DNA of 64,000 nucleotides, taken from assembly GCA_963844715.1 (NCBI GenBank), contig CAWJPJ010000006.1, positions 128,001 to 192,000 of the forward strand. The letters run 5' to 3'. The translations under genes were made by a program, and so were the position numbers. This document shows positions 52,179 to 62,143 of this stretch, piece by piece. Position 1 is the stretch's first letter. The number at the start of each line of letters is the position of its first letter. The notes beneath the pieces were generated by a model. The model was not told the origin of the DNA and made no database searches. It saw only the letters and a list, made by a program, of their open reading frames with translations. The DNA is from an uncultured Phycisphaerales bacterium (GTDB lineage: Bacteria; Planctomycetota; Phycisphaerae; Tepidisphaerales; Tepidisphaeraceae).

Positions 52179-54959
52179 CTACTGTCCGGGAGAGCTGTCC
52201 GGCAGGGGGGCGGATCGACCTTGAACCTCGGTCAGGGCGATCACGGCCCCGTCGATCCGGTTCTCCAGGTTCTTATATGGTCTTATTCGCAGCGTGTAGG
52301 TCCGCCCCGAGCGGTCGGAACATTCGCTCTCTTTTGTCGACATCGAATCGATCGCTTCTGTAATCTGGGCCTCCAAATCAGCGCAATCGATATTCGGCTT
52401 GATGTCGCCGATCGGGCGTCCCACGTCCGTCGGGATCAGGTTCAGCACCTTTTCCGCCATCGGCGTAAACCGCCGCACCCGAAGGTCATTCGACACCATC
52501 ACGATCGCGATCTGAACGTTGGCCAGCAAATTAACCAAATCCGAATTGATCTGGCTCAGCTCTTCGTTGCGGGATTGCAGCTCTTCGTTCACCGTGTTCA
52601 GTTCCTCGTTGGTCGATTGCAGTTCCTCCTTGGCGGTGTCCAGTTCCTCATTCGTCGATTGCAGTTCCTCATTGGCCGAGAGAATCTCCTCATTGGCGGA
52701 TTGAAGCTCCTCGTTGGCGGCCTCCAGGTCCTGAATGATCGACTGCAAGTATTCCCGGCTTGCCGCCAGTTCGTTTTTCAACTCCGTAACGCGCCCGCCG
52801 GCCTTGTCGCCCTTTTTCTTATTTTTCCCGACCCGTTTCCCCGCCTTCCCCGATGCCGCCAGGGGCCCGTCCATATTCCCGAAATATTTACCCTTCTCTT
52901 CCTCGAAGAGGATCAGGAAGTGCCTCTCTCCCGGCGCCCTGCGCAGCGGCACGACTTCCACCGACACCGGAACCATTCCCACATTCGACCGCACGCGAAG
53001 ACCTTCGCGGCGAACCGGTTCCTCCGTCTTTCGAGCTTCGTGAATCGCCGTCCGAATCCCGTACAGCAGCCCCTCACGCGCCATTTTCAAAAGATTCAGG
53101 CTCGGATCGCCCGGCGGCGGCTCCAGAAACTTCCCCGTCTGGCCTCGGAACTGAATGATTTGCAAATCGTCATCCACCACCACGCCCGCCGGGCTATAGC
53201 GCGCGCAGGATAATGTGATTGGCTTCGGTTTGAATCGAGGTCGGCCGCGCTTCGGCGGGGCGCGCTGGTTCGTTTGATGCGTCAGTCTGCCGGAGTTGCC
53301 GGCCGAGAATTCCATTTCCGAGCGCGCCGTCGCCGCGTTTTTAGAGTAGAGTTTGTGCCGTTTATCAACAACGCTGAAATAATCGGTGCCCGACCCGACC
53401 GTTTCCGCGCTGCCCAGCATGAGAAACCCCGTGCTCTTCAGCGCATAATTGAACACCGTCATCAGCCGCTTCTGAAGGCCGACCCCCAGATAAATGAGCA
53501 CGTTCCGGCAGAGGATCAGATCCAGTTTCGAAAACGGCGGATCGCGCGTGATGTCCTGCCGCGCGAAGATACATGAATCGCGGATCGTTTTGGTGATCCG
53601 AAATCCGCCGTCCGTGCGCAGGAAAAAACGGCGCAGCCGCTCGGGAGAGACGTCGGCACTGATGCTCTCCGGGTAAATCCCGGCCCGCGCGTGTTCGACC
53701 GCCGTTTCCGAAACATCCGTGCCGAACACTTGCATGGTCGTCGCCGACGCGTCGTCGCCCAGAAATTCCTGAAACGCAATCGCGATTGAATACGCCTCCT
53801 CGCCCGACGCGCAACCGGGAACCCAGATGCGGATCGGCGTCTCCCCCTGGCGGCTGTGGACGATCGACGGAAATGCTTTTTGCTCCAAAACCTTGAACGA
53901 ATCCGGGTCCCGGAAAAACCGCGTCACATGGATCAGGATATCCTGATAGAGACCATGAATTTCCTCCGGGTTGTTTTGCAGGAGTTGAACATACTCCTCC
54001 ATTGTGGCGATTTTGTGCAGCACCATGCGGCGCTGGAGCCGGCGCCGGATGGTCGGCAGCTTGTAATGGCTGAAATCAACCCCCGTCGCCGAACGGAGCA
54101 GCTGGAATATGCGCGGAAGCTGCGCGTCGAAGCCCCCTAGTTCCTCGGCCTTGCGCGGCTCCCCGCGAAGCAGCGGGTGACTGGCGATCCGCACCAATTC
54201 CCTGGCGATTTCCCCCGGACCGAGAATCAGGTCCACCACGCCCGTCCCGATCGCCGCTCGCGGCATCCCATCCGACTTGGCCGTCCGCGGCTCCTGCGCG
54301 ATCGCGATGCCCCCCGCGCTCTTTATTTCCTGAACCCCAATTGCTCCGTCTGAAGCCGACCCCGACATGACGATCCCAACCTCGCGAATCTGCGCATACT
54401 CCGCCAAAGATCGAAAGAACGAATCAATCGGCATGTGCTGCGTCCGATCCTCCGGACGCGCCATGAGATGCAGTTTTCCATCCACGATGTGCATGTGGAC
54501 GTTGGGAGGGATCACGTACGCTTTGTTCGCCTCGACCCGAACTCCTTCCGTCACTTGCACCACCGGCATTTTCGAATGAGAGGCCAGCAATTCCGGAAGA
54601 AAGCTGTCGTGCTTCGGCGCCAGGTGCTGAATAATGATCAGCGCCATCCCCAATTCAGCAGGCAGCGCTTCCAGCAGATTCGAGCACGCTTCCAACCCGC
54701 CGGCCGAAGCTCCAATCCCCGCAATCATGAAATCCGGCAAAGGCTTCACAACCGCATCGTCGGTTGTCTCGCCAACGGAATCGGTAGCTCTCTCCTCACC
54801 GTTCTCGCCATCGGTGTCGGCGCCGCTTTCATCAATGCCCGGCATGCCTGGAATAGTTTCCGGACCGGCCCTGAGCCATTCCCGGCCAGATGTCTGTTTT
54901 CGTTTTTTGGGATTTCGCTTCGGCTTCGATCTCGTCCGTTGCGCACGCTTCTTTTTCAT
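52179..54959 (-). CDS. CheB/CheR fusion protein with coiled coil and PAS domains
   Basis: GIGASAGG, VTRFFRD, RIWVPGCASGEEAYS, DLILCRNVLIY and EELQSTNEE repeats. Confidence 0.92.
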   Translation of the reverse strand: MKKKRAQRTRSKPKRNPKKRKQTSGREWLRAGPETIPGMPGIDESGADTDGENGEERATDSVGETTDDAVVKPLPDFMIAGIGASAGGLEACSNLLEALPAELGMALIIIQHLAPKHDSFLPELLASHSKMPVVQVTEGVRVEANKAYVIPPNVHMHIVDGKLHLMARPEDRTQHMPIDSFFRSLAEYAQIREVGIVMSGSASDGAIGVQEIKSAGGIAIAQEPRTAKSDGMPRAAIGTGVVDLILGPGEIARELVRIASHPLLRGEPRKAEELGGFDAQLPRIFQLLRSATGVDFSHYKLPTIRRRLQRRMVLHKIATMEEYVQLLQNNPEEIHGLYQDILIHVTRFFRDPDSFKVLEQKAFPSIVHSRQGETPIRIWVPGCASGEEAYSIAIAFQEFLGDDASATTMQVFGTDVSETAVEHARAGIYPESISADVSPERLRRFFLRTDGGFRITKTIRDSCIFARQDITRDPPFSKLDLILCRNVLIYLGVGLQKRLMTVFNYALKSTGFLMLGSAETVGSGTDYFSVVDKRHKLYSKNAATARSEMEFSAGNSGRLTHQTNQRAPPKRGRPRFKPKPITLSCARYSPAGVVVDDDLQIIQFRGQTGKFLEPPPGDPSLNLLKMAREGLLYGIRTAIHEARKTEEPVRREGLRVRSNVGMVPVSVEVVPLRRAPGERHFLILFEEEKGKYFGNMDGPLAASGKAGKRVGKNKKKGDKAGGRVTELKNELAASREYLQSIIQDLEAANEELQSANEEILSANEELQSTNEELDTAKEELQSTNEELNTVNEELQSRNEELSQINSDLVNLLANVQIAIVMVSNDLRVRRFTPMAEKVLNLIPTDVGRPIGDIKPNIDCADLEAQITEAIDSMSTKESECSDRSGRTYTLRIRPYKNLENRIDGAVIALTEVQGRSAPLPDSSPGQ

Positions 54960-55481
54960 CGCGCCGACGCCGCAAGCGGCGTCCCAGGTAAACTCGCAAA
55001 ATGTCCAAATTCGCTTCCCGCCCGCTCCGTCCCGGAACGCACCCACTCAGAATAAACCATGCTAAAAAGCCTTTACCCAGCGGTCAAGGTGAGCCTTGAG
55101 ATTTTAACCGATCACCGCGACGATTCGTCAGAAGTTGCCATTCGGCTACCCGCAATTGCGAGCCAATCAACTCGCCGGCCGGCAGAAAACCAACGAAACC
55201 GGCATCCAGTATCTGATTGACGCCAGACCCGGCGATGCCCCGCCCGGCTCGGACTCAAACATGCGATTTCGGCGCAACGCCCGACCGACGAAACGTCCCA
55301 CGTACGGAGGAGATCGTCTCCCCTCTAAACTTGAAATCTAAAAAGTTTGTTGAACATAAACCATACCCCACCCGAACCCCCAATCACTTCAAAACTGTTA
55401 CCTTTTGCCCAAAAACTATTCCCGCGCACCCGAAAATAAACCCGCGCTCCGCCACGCGCCTACCATACCAGCGAGGCAAAC

Positions 55482-56162
55482 ATGAACGAACAAAAAAACC
55501 GAGGCGCCATCGGCCCCCACGCGAACCAACCCGTCCTCCGCTTGGGCCCGGAACTTTCCCAAGCCGCCGGCGCGATCATTTTCCTGCATGGCCGCGGCGC
55601 GCCGGCTGAAAGCATCCTCGGCCTCTACGATGAAATCGGCCAAAGAACGCTGGCCGCCCTCGCCCCTCAAGCCGCCGGCTATACTTGGTATCCCCAATCC
55701 TTTCTCGCTCCCATCGAAGACAATCAGCCTTATCTCGATTCCGCGCTGAGCAAGATCGAATCCATCGTTAGCGAAATCCTCGAAGCCAAAATCCCAAGCC
55801 AGCGCATCGCGATCCTGGGTTTTTCTCAAGGCGCCTGCCTCACTACGGAATTCGTCGCGCACCGGCCCCGAAAATACGGCGCGGTGATCGCCCTCACCGG
55901 CGGCCTCATCGGGCCGCCCGGAACCCCCCGAAAATACCCCGGCTCGCTCGATGGAACCCCCGTTTTCCTCGGCTCCAGCGACCCCGACCCGCACGTTCCC
56001 TTCCCGCGCGTGCAGGAAACCCGCGATGTCCTGGCGCAAATGGGAGCTAAGGTCGACCTGCGGCGATATCCCAACATGGGCCACACCATCAACGAAGACG
56101 AAATCGAAGCCTGTCGCAACCTGGTAAAACATCTCCTGGCCGCGAGTGACCCAACAAAATAA
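55482..56162 (+). CDS. Phospholipase/carboxylesterase (alpha/beta hydrolase)
   Basis: LHGRGA, GFSQG, DPHVP and MGHTIN. Confidence 0.9.
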   Translation: MNEQKNRGAIGPHANQPVLRLGPELSQAAGAIIFLHGRGAPAESILGLYDEIGQRTLAALAPQAAGYTWYPQSFLAPIEDNQPYLDSALSKIESIVSEILEAKIPSQRIAILGFSQGACLTTEFVAHRPRKYGAVIALTGGLIGPPGTPRKYPGSLDGTPVFLGSSDPDPHVPFPRVQETRDVLAQMGAKVDLRRYPNMGHTINEDEIEACRNLVKHLLAASDPTK

Positions 56163-56175
56163 TGAAAGGAATCCC

Positions 56176-57114
56176 ATGGCAACCATCGCCGGCATTCATC
56201 ACGTCACCGCCATCGCATCCGATCCGCAAAAAAACATCGACTTCTATACCGGAGTCCTCGGCCTGCGACTGGTGAAGCTCACTGTCAACTTCGACGACCC
56301 CGGAAGCTACCACCTTTACTACGGCGACGAACTCGGCCGCCCCGGATCGATTCTGACTTTCTTCGCCTGGCCCGGCGCCCACCGAGGCCGCGTCGGCCCG
56401 CCTCAGGTCACCACCACCGCGTTCTCAATCCCCATCGCCGCAATCGACTTCTGGAGGCAGCGCCTCAAAGATCGCGACGTAAAAGTTCACGCCTTTGAAG
56501 ACCGTTTCGGCGAGCCAACCATCGCCTTCACGGACCCCGACGGCTTGCGCGTCGAACTCATCGGCTCCGCAGACCCGAAAGGCAAACCCTGGGCAACAGG
56601 ACCCGTGCCCGATGCCTCCGCGATTCGCGGTTTCCACGGCGTCACCCTTTCCGAAGAAGGTTACGAGAACACCGCCAAACTGCTCACCAATCCGATGGGT
56701 TTTGAACCGATCGGCAACAAGGCCGACCGATACCGCTACCGCGCCACCGGCGGCGACGGCTTCGCCTCGATCGTCGATGTCGTCTGCCAACCCTCCGCCC
56801 CCGGCGGGAGCATGGGCGCCGGCGTCGTCCACCACATCGCTTACCGCACGCCGGACGACGCGTCGCAATTGCAGTGGCGTTCAAAAATTGTCGAAAACGG
56901 CTATAACGTCTCCCCAATCATGGATCGCTGCTATTTCCATTCCATTTATTACCGCGAGCCAGGCGGCGTGCTATTTGAGATCGCGACGGATTCTCCGGGT
57001 TTCACCGCCGATCAGTCCGCCGATCAGCTTGGCAAAAAACTCATGCTCCCCTCCTGGCTGGAAAAATATCGCGCGGAAATCGAAAAGGCCGTACCCCCCG
57101 TAAAGCTCCCATGA
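56176..57114 (+). CDS. Ring-cleaving dioxygenase (VOC/glyoxalase family)
   Basis: GIHHVTAI, VKLTVNFDDP, VHHIAYR and YFHSIYYREPGGVLFEIATD. Confidence 0.92.
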   Translation: MATIAGIHHVTAIASDPQKNIDFYTGVLGLRLVKLTVNFDDPGSYHLYYGDELGRPGSILTFFAWPGAHRGRVGPPQVTTTAFSIPIAAIDFWRQRLKDRDVKVHAFEDRFGEPTIAFTDPDGLRVELIGSADPKGKPWATGPVPDASAIRGFHGVTLSEEGYENTAKLLTNPMGFEPIGNKADRYRYRATGGDGFASIVDVVCQPSAPGGSMGAGVVHHIAYRTPDDASQLQWRSKIVENGYNVSPIMDRCYFHSIYYREPGGVLFEIATDSPGFTADQSADQLGKKLMLPSWLEKYRAEIEKAVPPVKLP

Positions 57115-58067
57115 AGGCCGTGGTCCTCCGTCAATTCGGCGTCCCCAAACTCCTCAAGGTCGAGGAAGTCCCCACGCCGTCACCAAAGGACGGCGAGGTT
57201 CTCGTCCAAGTAAAAGCCGCATCGATTAATCCGAGCGACGTAAAGAACATCCTCGGGACCATGCACGGAACGACATTGCCGCGAATTCCCGGCCGCGATT
57301 TCGCCGGAGTTATCGTCCAGGGTCCCAAGGATCTCGTCGGCAAAGAGGTTTGGGGCACAGGCGGCGACATTGGCTTCACGCGCGACGGCTCCCATGCCCA
57401 ATTTATCCTCATTCCCGCCGCCGCGGCGACACCCAAGCCGGCAAATCTCTCCATGGAAGAAGCCGCGATCTCCGCTCTGACGTTCCTCACCGCCTGGTTG
57501 GCGATGGTTACAGCAAGCAAGATCGCAGCGGGGGAAATCGCCGTCATCCTCGGCGCCGCCGGCGGCGTTGGTTCCGCGGCCGTGCAAATCGCCAAATCGC
57601 GCGGCGCGCGGGTCGTCGGCGTCGTCAGATCCGACCGGGAAACCGACGCCGCCAGGCAAAATGGCGCCAATGACGTATTGATTTCATCGGAAGCTCTTCC
57701 CGCCGCCATACGAAAGCTGACAATGGACCACGGCGCGGATGTCGCGTTCGACACCAGCGGCTCGATGTTCCCCCAATGCGTCGAGATGGCCGCCCAACAC
57801 GGACGCATCCCCGTCATCACCGCCCCGCGCGACGGCAAAGCCGATTTCAATCTCCGCAATCTCTATCGCCACGAACTCACCGTCTTCGGCTTGGACACGC
57901 GCCCGATGGATGTCACCGCCTGCGCCAATATCCTCGCGGAAATCCGCCCCGGTTTCGAATCAGGCCAATTCAAATCCCGCCGCCCCAAGCCCATGCCGCT
58001 CGCCCAAGCTCCCGAAGCCTACGAACAAGCCGCCGGCGGCGGGGGAGCGGTCGTGCTTATTCCATAA
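57111..58067 (+). CDS. NADPH:quinone oxidoreductase/MDR-family dehydrogenase
   Basis: INPSD, PGRDFAG and GAAGGVGSAAVQIAK. Confidence 0.88.
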   Translation: MKAVVLRQFGVPKLLKVEEVPTPSPKDGEVLVQVKAASINPSDVKNILGTMHGTTLPRIPGRDFAGVIVQGPKDLVGKEVWGTGGDIGFTRDGSHAQFILIPAAAATPKPANLSMEEAAISALTFLTAWLAMVTASKIAAGEIAVILGAAGGVGSAAVQIAKSRGARVVGVVRSDRETDAARQNGANDVLISSEALPAAIRKLTMDHGADVAFDTSGSMFPQCVEMAAQHGRIPVITAPRDGKADFNLRNLYRHELTVFGLDTRPMDVTACANILAEIRPGFESGQFKSRRPKPMPLAQAPEAYEQAAGGGGAVVLIP

Positions 58068-58077
58068 GGGGATCTTT

Positions 58078-58168
58078 TCCCTCTCCCTGTGCCTCCGCTA
58101 GTTTCCGCAGGATGGGCAAGGGTGAGGGGCGATTTTCGAACGTCGAGTGCCGTCCCTCAACTCTTCCC
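58078..58168. repeat. Degenerate REP-like composite repeat
   Basis: CCCTCTCCCTGT...AGGGTGAGGGGCGATTTTCGAACGTCGAGTGCCG aligns with 21157-21225. Confidence 0.55.
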
Positions 58169-58217
58169 CGCAAATCTAGCCAGACCATCGTTCTTCGGTT
58201 ACGCTCCCCCTCGGAAC

Positions 58218-58706
58218 ATGGACCGCAAATTAATCGATGCTTACGAGGCAGGGGGCGCCGAGCTGCGCGCGGCAACCGCCGGTCTGTCGCTGCAAGATCT
58301 CCTCTGGGTCCCCGATAAAAACGCCGGCGTCGGCGACTGGTCCATCCAGCAGATCGTCATCCACCTCATGGATGCCGATTTGATCTGGTCATCCCGCATG
58401 AAATGCATCATCGCCGAGGATCATCCCAAGATCCTCGGCTACGACGAAAGCAAATTCGCCGCCAATTTGTTTTATGACAAGCAGGACGCCCAGCTCGCGG
58501 TGCAAATTTTCGACTTGAACCGCAAGCAATTTTCCAAGGCTCTCCGCAAGCTTTCCGACGCCGCCTTCGAGCGCACCGGCGAGCACAACGAACTCGGCAG
58601 CATCACCCTCGAGCAAAGCGTTGGCTGGATGGTGAATCACGTAAACCATCACATTAAATTCATCGACCTTAAACTCGCCAAACTCGGCAAGCCCCCACGG
58701 CCGTAG
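58218..58706 (+). CDS. DinB-family protein
   Basis: WSIQQIVIHLMDAD, RTGEH and HVNHH. Confidence 0.85.
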   Translation: MDRKLIDAYEAGGAELRAATAGLSLQDLLWVPDKNAGVGDWSIQQIVIHLMDADLIWSSRMKCIIAEDHPKILGYDESKFAANLFYDKQDAQLAVQIFDLNRKQFSKALRKLSDAAFERTGEHNELGSITLEQSVGWMVNHVNHHIKFIDLKLAKLGKPPRP

Positions 58707-58723
58707 CTCTCGCAGGCTCCATC

Positions 58724-59218
58724 ATGGACCCCAAAACAATCCAAGATTTCGAGACCAACGGCCAAAAGCTCGCCAAGGCCATCGAGGGCCTGAGCCGCAA
58801 GGAACTGCTTTGGGTTCCGCCGCCCACGATCACTGTTGGAAAATGGTCCATCCAGCAGGTGGTCTTCCATCTCATGGACGATGAATTGATTTGGACGGCC
58901 AGAATGAAAACCGTGATCGCTGAGGACAATCCGAAAATCGAAATCTACGACGAAGCCAAATTGGCCACCAAAACTTTCGTGGAGGAGCAGGACGCCGCGG
59001 TTGCCGCCCAAATCCTCGATCTGAATCGCCGCCAATTCTCAAAAGTCCTGAACAATCTCCCCCCAGCCGCGTTCCAACGCACCGGCGAGCACAGCAGCAT
59101 CGGCATCTTCACACTCGAGCAGGCCGTGGTCTGGACGAACGAGCACCTGGATCACCACATCCGGTATATCGGGATGAAGAGGGAAATCATTGGCAAGCCA
59201 ATTGCCGTTGGACCGTGA
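58724..59218 (+). CDS. DinB-family protein (tandem paralog)
   Basis: WSIQQVVFHLMDDE, RTGEH and HLDHH. Confidence 0.85.
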   Translation: MDPKTIQDFETNGQKLAKAIEGLSRKELLWVPPPTITVGKWSIQQVVFHLMDDELIWTARMKTVIAEDNPKIEIYDEAKLATKTFVEEQDAAVAAQILDLNRRQFSKVLNNLPPAAFQRTGEHSSIGIFTLEQAVVWTNEHLDHHIRYIGMKREIIGKPIAVGP

Positions 59219-59228
59219 GTTGTGCCTT

Positions 59229-59657
59229 ATGGTCATCGTCGCCACTCATATCGAACTCCGAACGAATCTTATTAACACCGCTTTAAGCCTGTCGAACGTG
59301 GAGAGATTTGACGACGGAAGCGGCTATCGATGCGATGTGGCCGTCCGCTCCAGCGGCTTCGCGTGCAATCGTCCGTTCTATTTCCACCAGGAATCACTTG
59401 ACGGTTTCGTGACTTCTGTTCAGGTAATGACGAGCGGCACGCCGGCGGAGGCAACGCTAAAGCCTCGCTATGAGCCCGATTTCCTGCGCCTCAAGATGAA
59501 CCAGCTCGGTCATCTTCTGGTTTCCGGCGAATTGTATGAACACTCCCGTCTACATCAGTGCTTGAAGTTCGCCTTCGAGACCGACCAGACCGTCCTCGGC
59601 CCGTTCCTATGCGAGTTGCTAAAATTGAAAGAAGCGTGGATTAGCCGGCCTCCGTAA
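59229..59657 (+). CDS. Hypothetical protein
   Basis: Intact ORF (VRSSGF, GHLLVSGEL, FETDQTVL). Confidence 0.65.
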   Translation: MVIVATHIELRTNLINTALSLSNVERFDDGSGYRCDVAVRSSGFACNRPFYFHQESLDGFVTSVQVMTSGTPAEATLKPRYEPDFLRLKMNQLGHLLVSGELYEHSRLHQCLKFAFETDQTVLGPFLCELLKLKEAWISRPP

Positions 59658-59700
59658 GCCCGCCGTCCATGCTATAATACGGCGGAGTTGCAGTGCGCCG

Positions 59701-60321
59701 ATGATCAGCTACGAACAAAAACTCAAAGGCGATCTGGAATGGGCTCTACATGAGGCCGGCATGTATTTCGACGAAACGAGCCAAGTCCACAAGACGCTTA
59801 AGCAACTTACCCAGCGGCTGAATGAATTGGCGATACCGTACGCGGTGGTGGGGGGAATGGCCATGTTCGCCCATGGTTTTCGTAGATTCACGGAGGATGT
59901 AGGTTTGCTCGTCACGCGCGACGGCATGCGCCAAATCGCCGAACAACTCGAAGGCCTTGGCTACGTCCAGCCGCGCGGCAGAAACACCAAGTTGAGGGAC
60001 ACGCAAACGGGCGTTCGAATCGAATTTCTCATCACTGGCGGCTACCCAGGCGACGGAAGGCCCAAACCGGTCGCATTTCCCGATCCCAGTTCCGTTGCTG
60101 TGGATATCGCCGGAATAAAATTTCTTGCGCTACCTGCGCTGGTGGAACTGAAGCTGGCCTCTGGAATCTCCGCCGCGCATCGCCTCAAAGATCTGGCCGA
60201 CGCTCAGGAACTCATCCGCGTCCTGAAACTCCCGCGCAACTTCGCGGATCAGCTCAATCCCTACATCCGCCCGAAATTCGACGAACTCTGGACCGCCGTC
60301 GAGCAGCACCCTGAAGAATAG
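59701..60321 (+). CDS. Nucleotidyltransferase-fold protein
   Basis: YAVVGGMAM, RRFTEDV and LVELKLASG...KDLAD. Confidence 0.75.
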   Translation: MISYEQKLKGDLEWALHEAGMYFDETSQVHKTLKQLTQRLNELAIPYAVVGGMAMFAHGFRRFTEDVGLLVTRDGMRQIAEQLEGLGYVQPRGRNTKLRDTQTGVRIEFLITGGYPGDGRPKPVAFPDPSSVAVDIAGIKFLALPALVELKLASGISAAHRLKDLADAQELIRVLKLPRNFADQLNPYIRPKFDELWTAVEQHPEE

Positions 60322-60382
60322 CCTGAAACTCAGGTCCGCCGCGATGATGCGACGAGCGGGAAAGAGAAAAAGGGGAGGGAAG

Positions 60383-60459
60383 TTAACCGCGGATGACACG
60401 GATGAAATGCGGGACATTTTGGCTTTTTATCCGCGCCCATCAGTGAAATCCGCGGTTAA
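60383..60459. repeat. Inverted repeat between convergent genes (possible terminator/miniature element)
   Basis: TTAACCGCGGAT ... ATCCGCGGTTAA. Confidence 0.6.
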
Positions 60460-62043
60460 TTGTATTTCTTTGCACCGTCGATCGTGTCGGGGCGAATATC
60501 TCTAACGGTTTCGATTTTCATTTGCGCGATCGATCCGCCGACGGCGGGGACGCCTTTGGCTTCGATGTTGATGAAAGTGCGGCCGGGCGTCCAGCCAGCT
60601 AATAGTGCCGGGCCATCCACCGGGGCGTTTTGCCCGATGAGGAACAGGTGGCCGTTGTATTGGTTCAATTTCGCTAACAGCGATGCGCCCGCGCGATGGT
60701 CGAGTATCAGAATCGGCCGGGAATATCGGTGGTAGTGAGCCAAATCCAGTATCCAAAGGCACGGCGGGATTTGGCCGGGCGAATAGAAGACCAGGAGATC
60801 AGACGGCCCGGCCATGGAGTCAATTTTGCCTGCGAAATATCGAAAGTCCTCCTTCGATCGCGGTCCCATCTGATATTGGGCCGCCGCTGAAACGGCCAAA
60901 CTGAAGAGCACGCAGACCGGCACGCACCATTTCCAAAATCTCGAAATGGAATCCGCCAATGCCAACGGCGCAACGGCTAGCGCAGATGGCCGGGGCTGCC
61001 ATCGACGTATAGCGCTGCCAATTCACCATCGAAGTGTGCCTCGCGATGTCCATCGCCACAACCCCCGCGATCGCCGCGACGACTTGGAACCAAAAGAGCA
61101 TGAGCACGTGCTTCCGCCGAATCGCCAGCAAGGGAACCACTAAAACGAGTACCGCGACGAACCCGACGGTCAAAACCGTCATGGGATCGAGCTTGCCGTA
61201 CAAATGCACGGCCACGATCTGTATCGCGTGCCAAAGATGATGCAGGGCATCTTCGCCATCGACAGCCCATGGAACGCCACCCGGCGCAGTCAGTGCATCG
61301 CGCTGCCCAAACTCAATCAAAAACCATTTGCCCCAAACAAGGGCGAAAAAGAGCACCGCTGCAAAAATCGCCCCCACGCTTGCGGCTCGTCGACGGCCCC
61401 GCATGAAAACCAATGCATACGCGCCAATACCAGCCAGCGTAAAAAAGCAGAAATAATGGGAGAGCAGCTCGAGACTCGCCGCCGCCCAGAGCTGAAATAC
61501 TCGTCCCGGTGAAACGCCACGCTGTTCGATGCGCACCAAAGCATGGGTCGCCAACAAAATCGCGACAAAGTTAATGGTATAATTCCGAGCATCCTGACTC
61601 AGATCAATTTGCGACCAGGCCAGCGCGCAAGCCGCCGCCGCAAACAGCCCCGCGGCGCCCCCCGAAATTCGGCGAACGATATCAAACATCACCACAATGG
61701 CGGTCAGCGAAAAGACAACGGACAGCGATCGAATCGCAAAATCGCTCTGGCCGAACAGATCAATCCACCATCTCAGTAAAAGAAAATAAAGCGGCGGGTG
61801 AGTCGTGCCATCCATGCTCGTCCAGACGTGCCATGCGGCCGGCGCATTCTCGAATAACACCTCCGGCGGGGGATCAAGAATGCGGTCGACAGGCAACACC
61901 GCATCGCGCCCCGTCGCCAATGAGAGCGACCAGAGTTCGTCCAGTGTGTCCCCTTCGTGCGCGATCTTGTGGAAGCGCAGACCTGCCGCCACAAAAAGGA
62001 TGAACGCCAGAACACCAAAGTGACGAATCCAGGATCGCGGCAT
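60456..62043 (-). CDS. Glycosyltransferase family 39/ArnT-like membrane protein (frameshift ~60975)
   Basis: LDELWS, HPPLYFLLL, RSLSV and SQDARNY; multiple transmembrane helices. Confidence 0.82.
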
Positions 62044-62143
62044 GAAAGGGATTTCCGCCTGTCGCCTGTGGAATCTATATGAAAAGCCGGAGGGAAGAAA
62101 ATGCCATGCTAACGATATTTGCATTAGAATCGCGCTGTCGAGT

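Noticed and set aside
52560..52730. Tandem nucleotide repeats encoding EELQSxNEE
   Set aside because: This is the normal coiled-coil heptad region of CheB/CheR fusion proteins.
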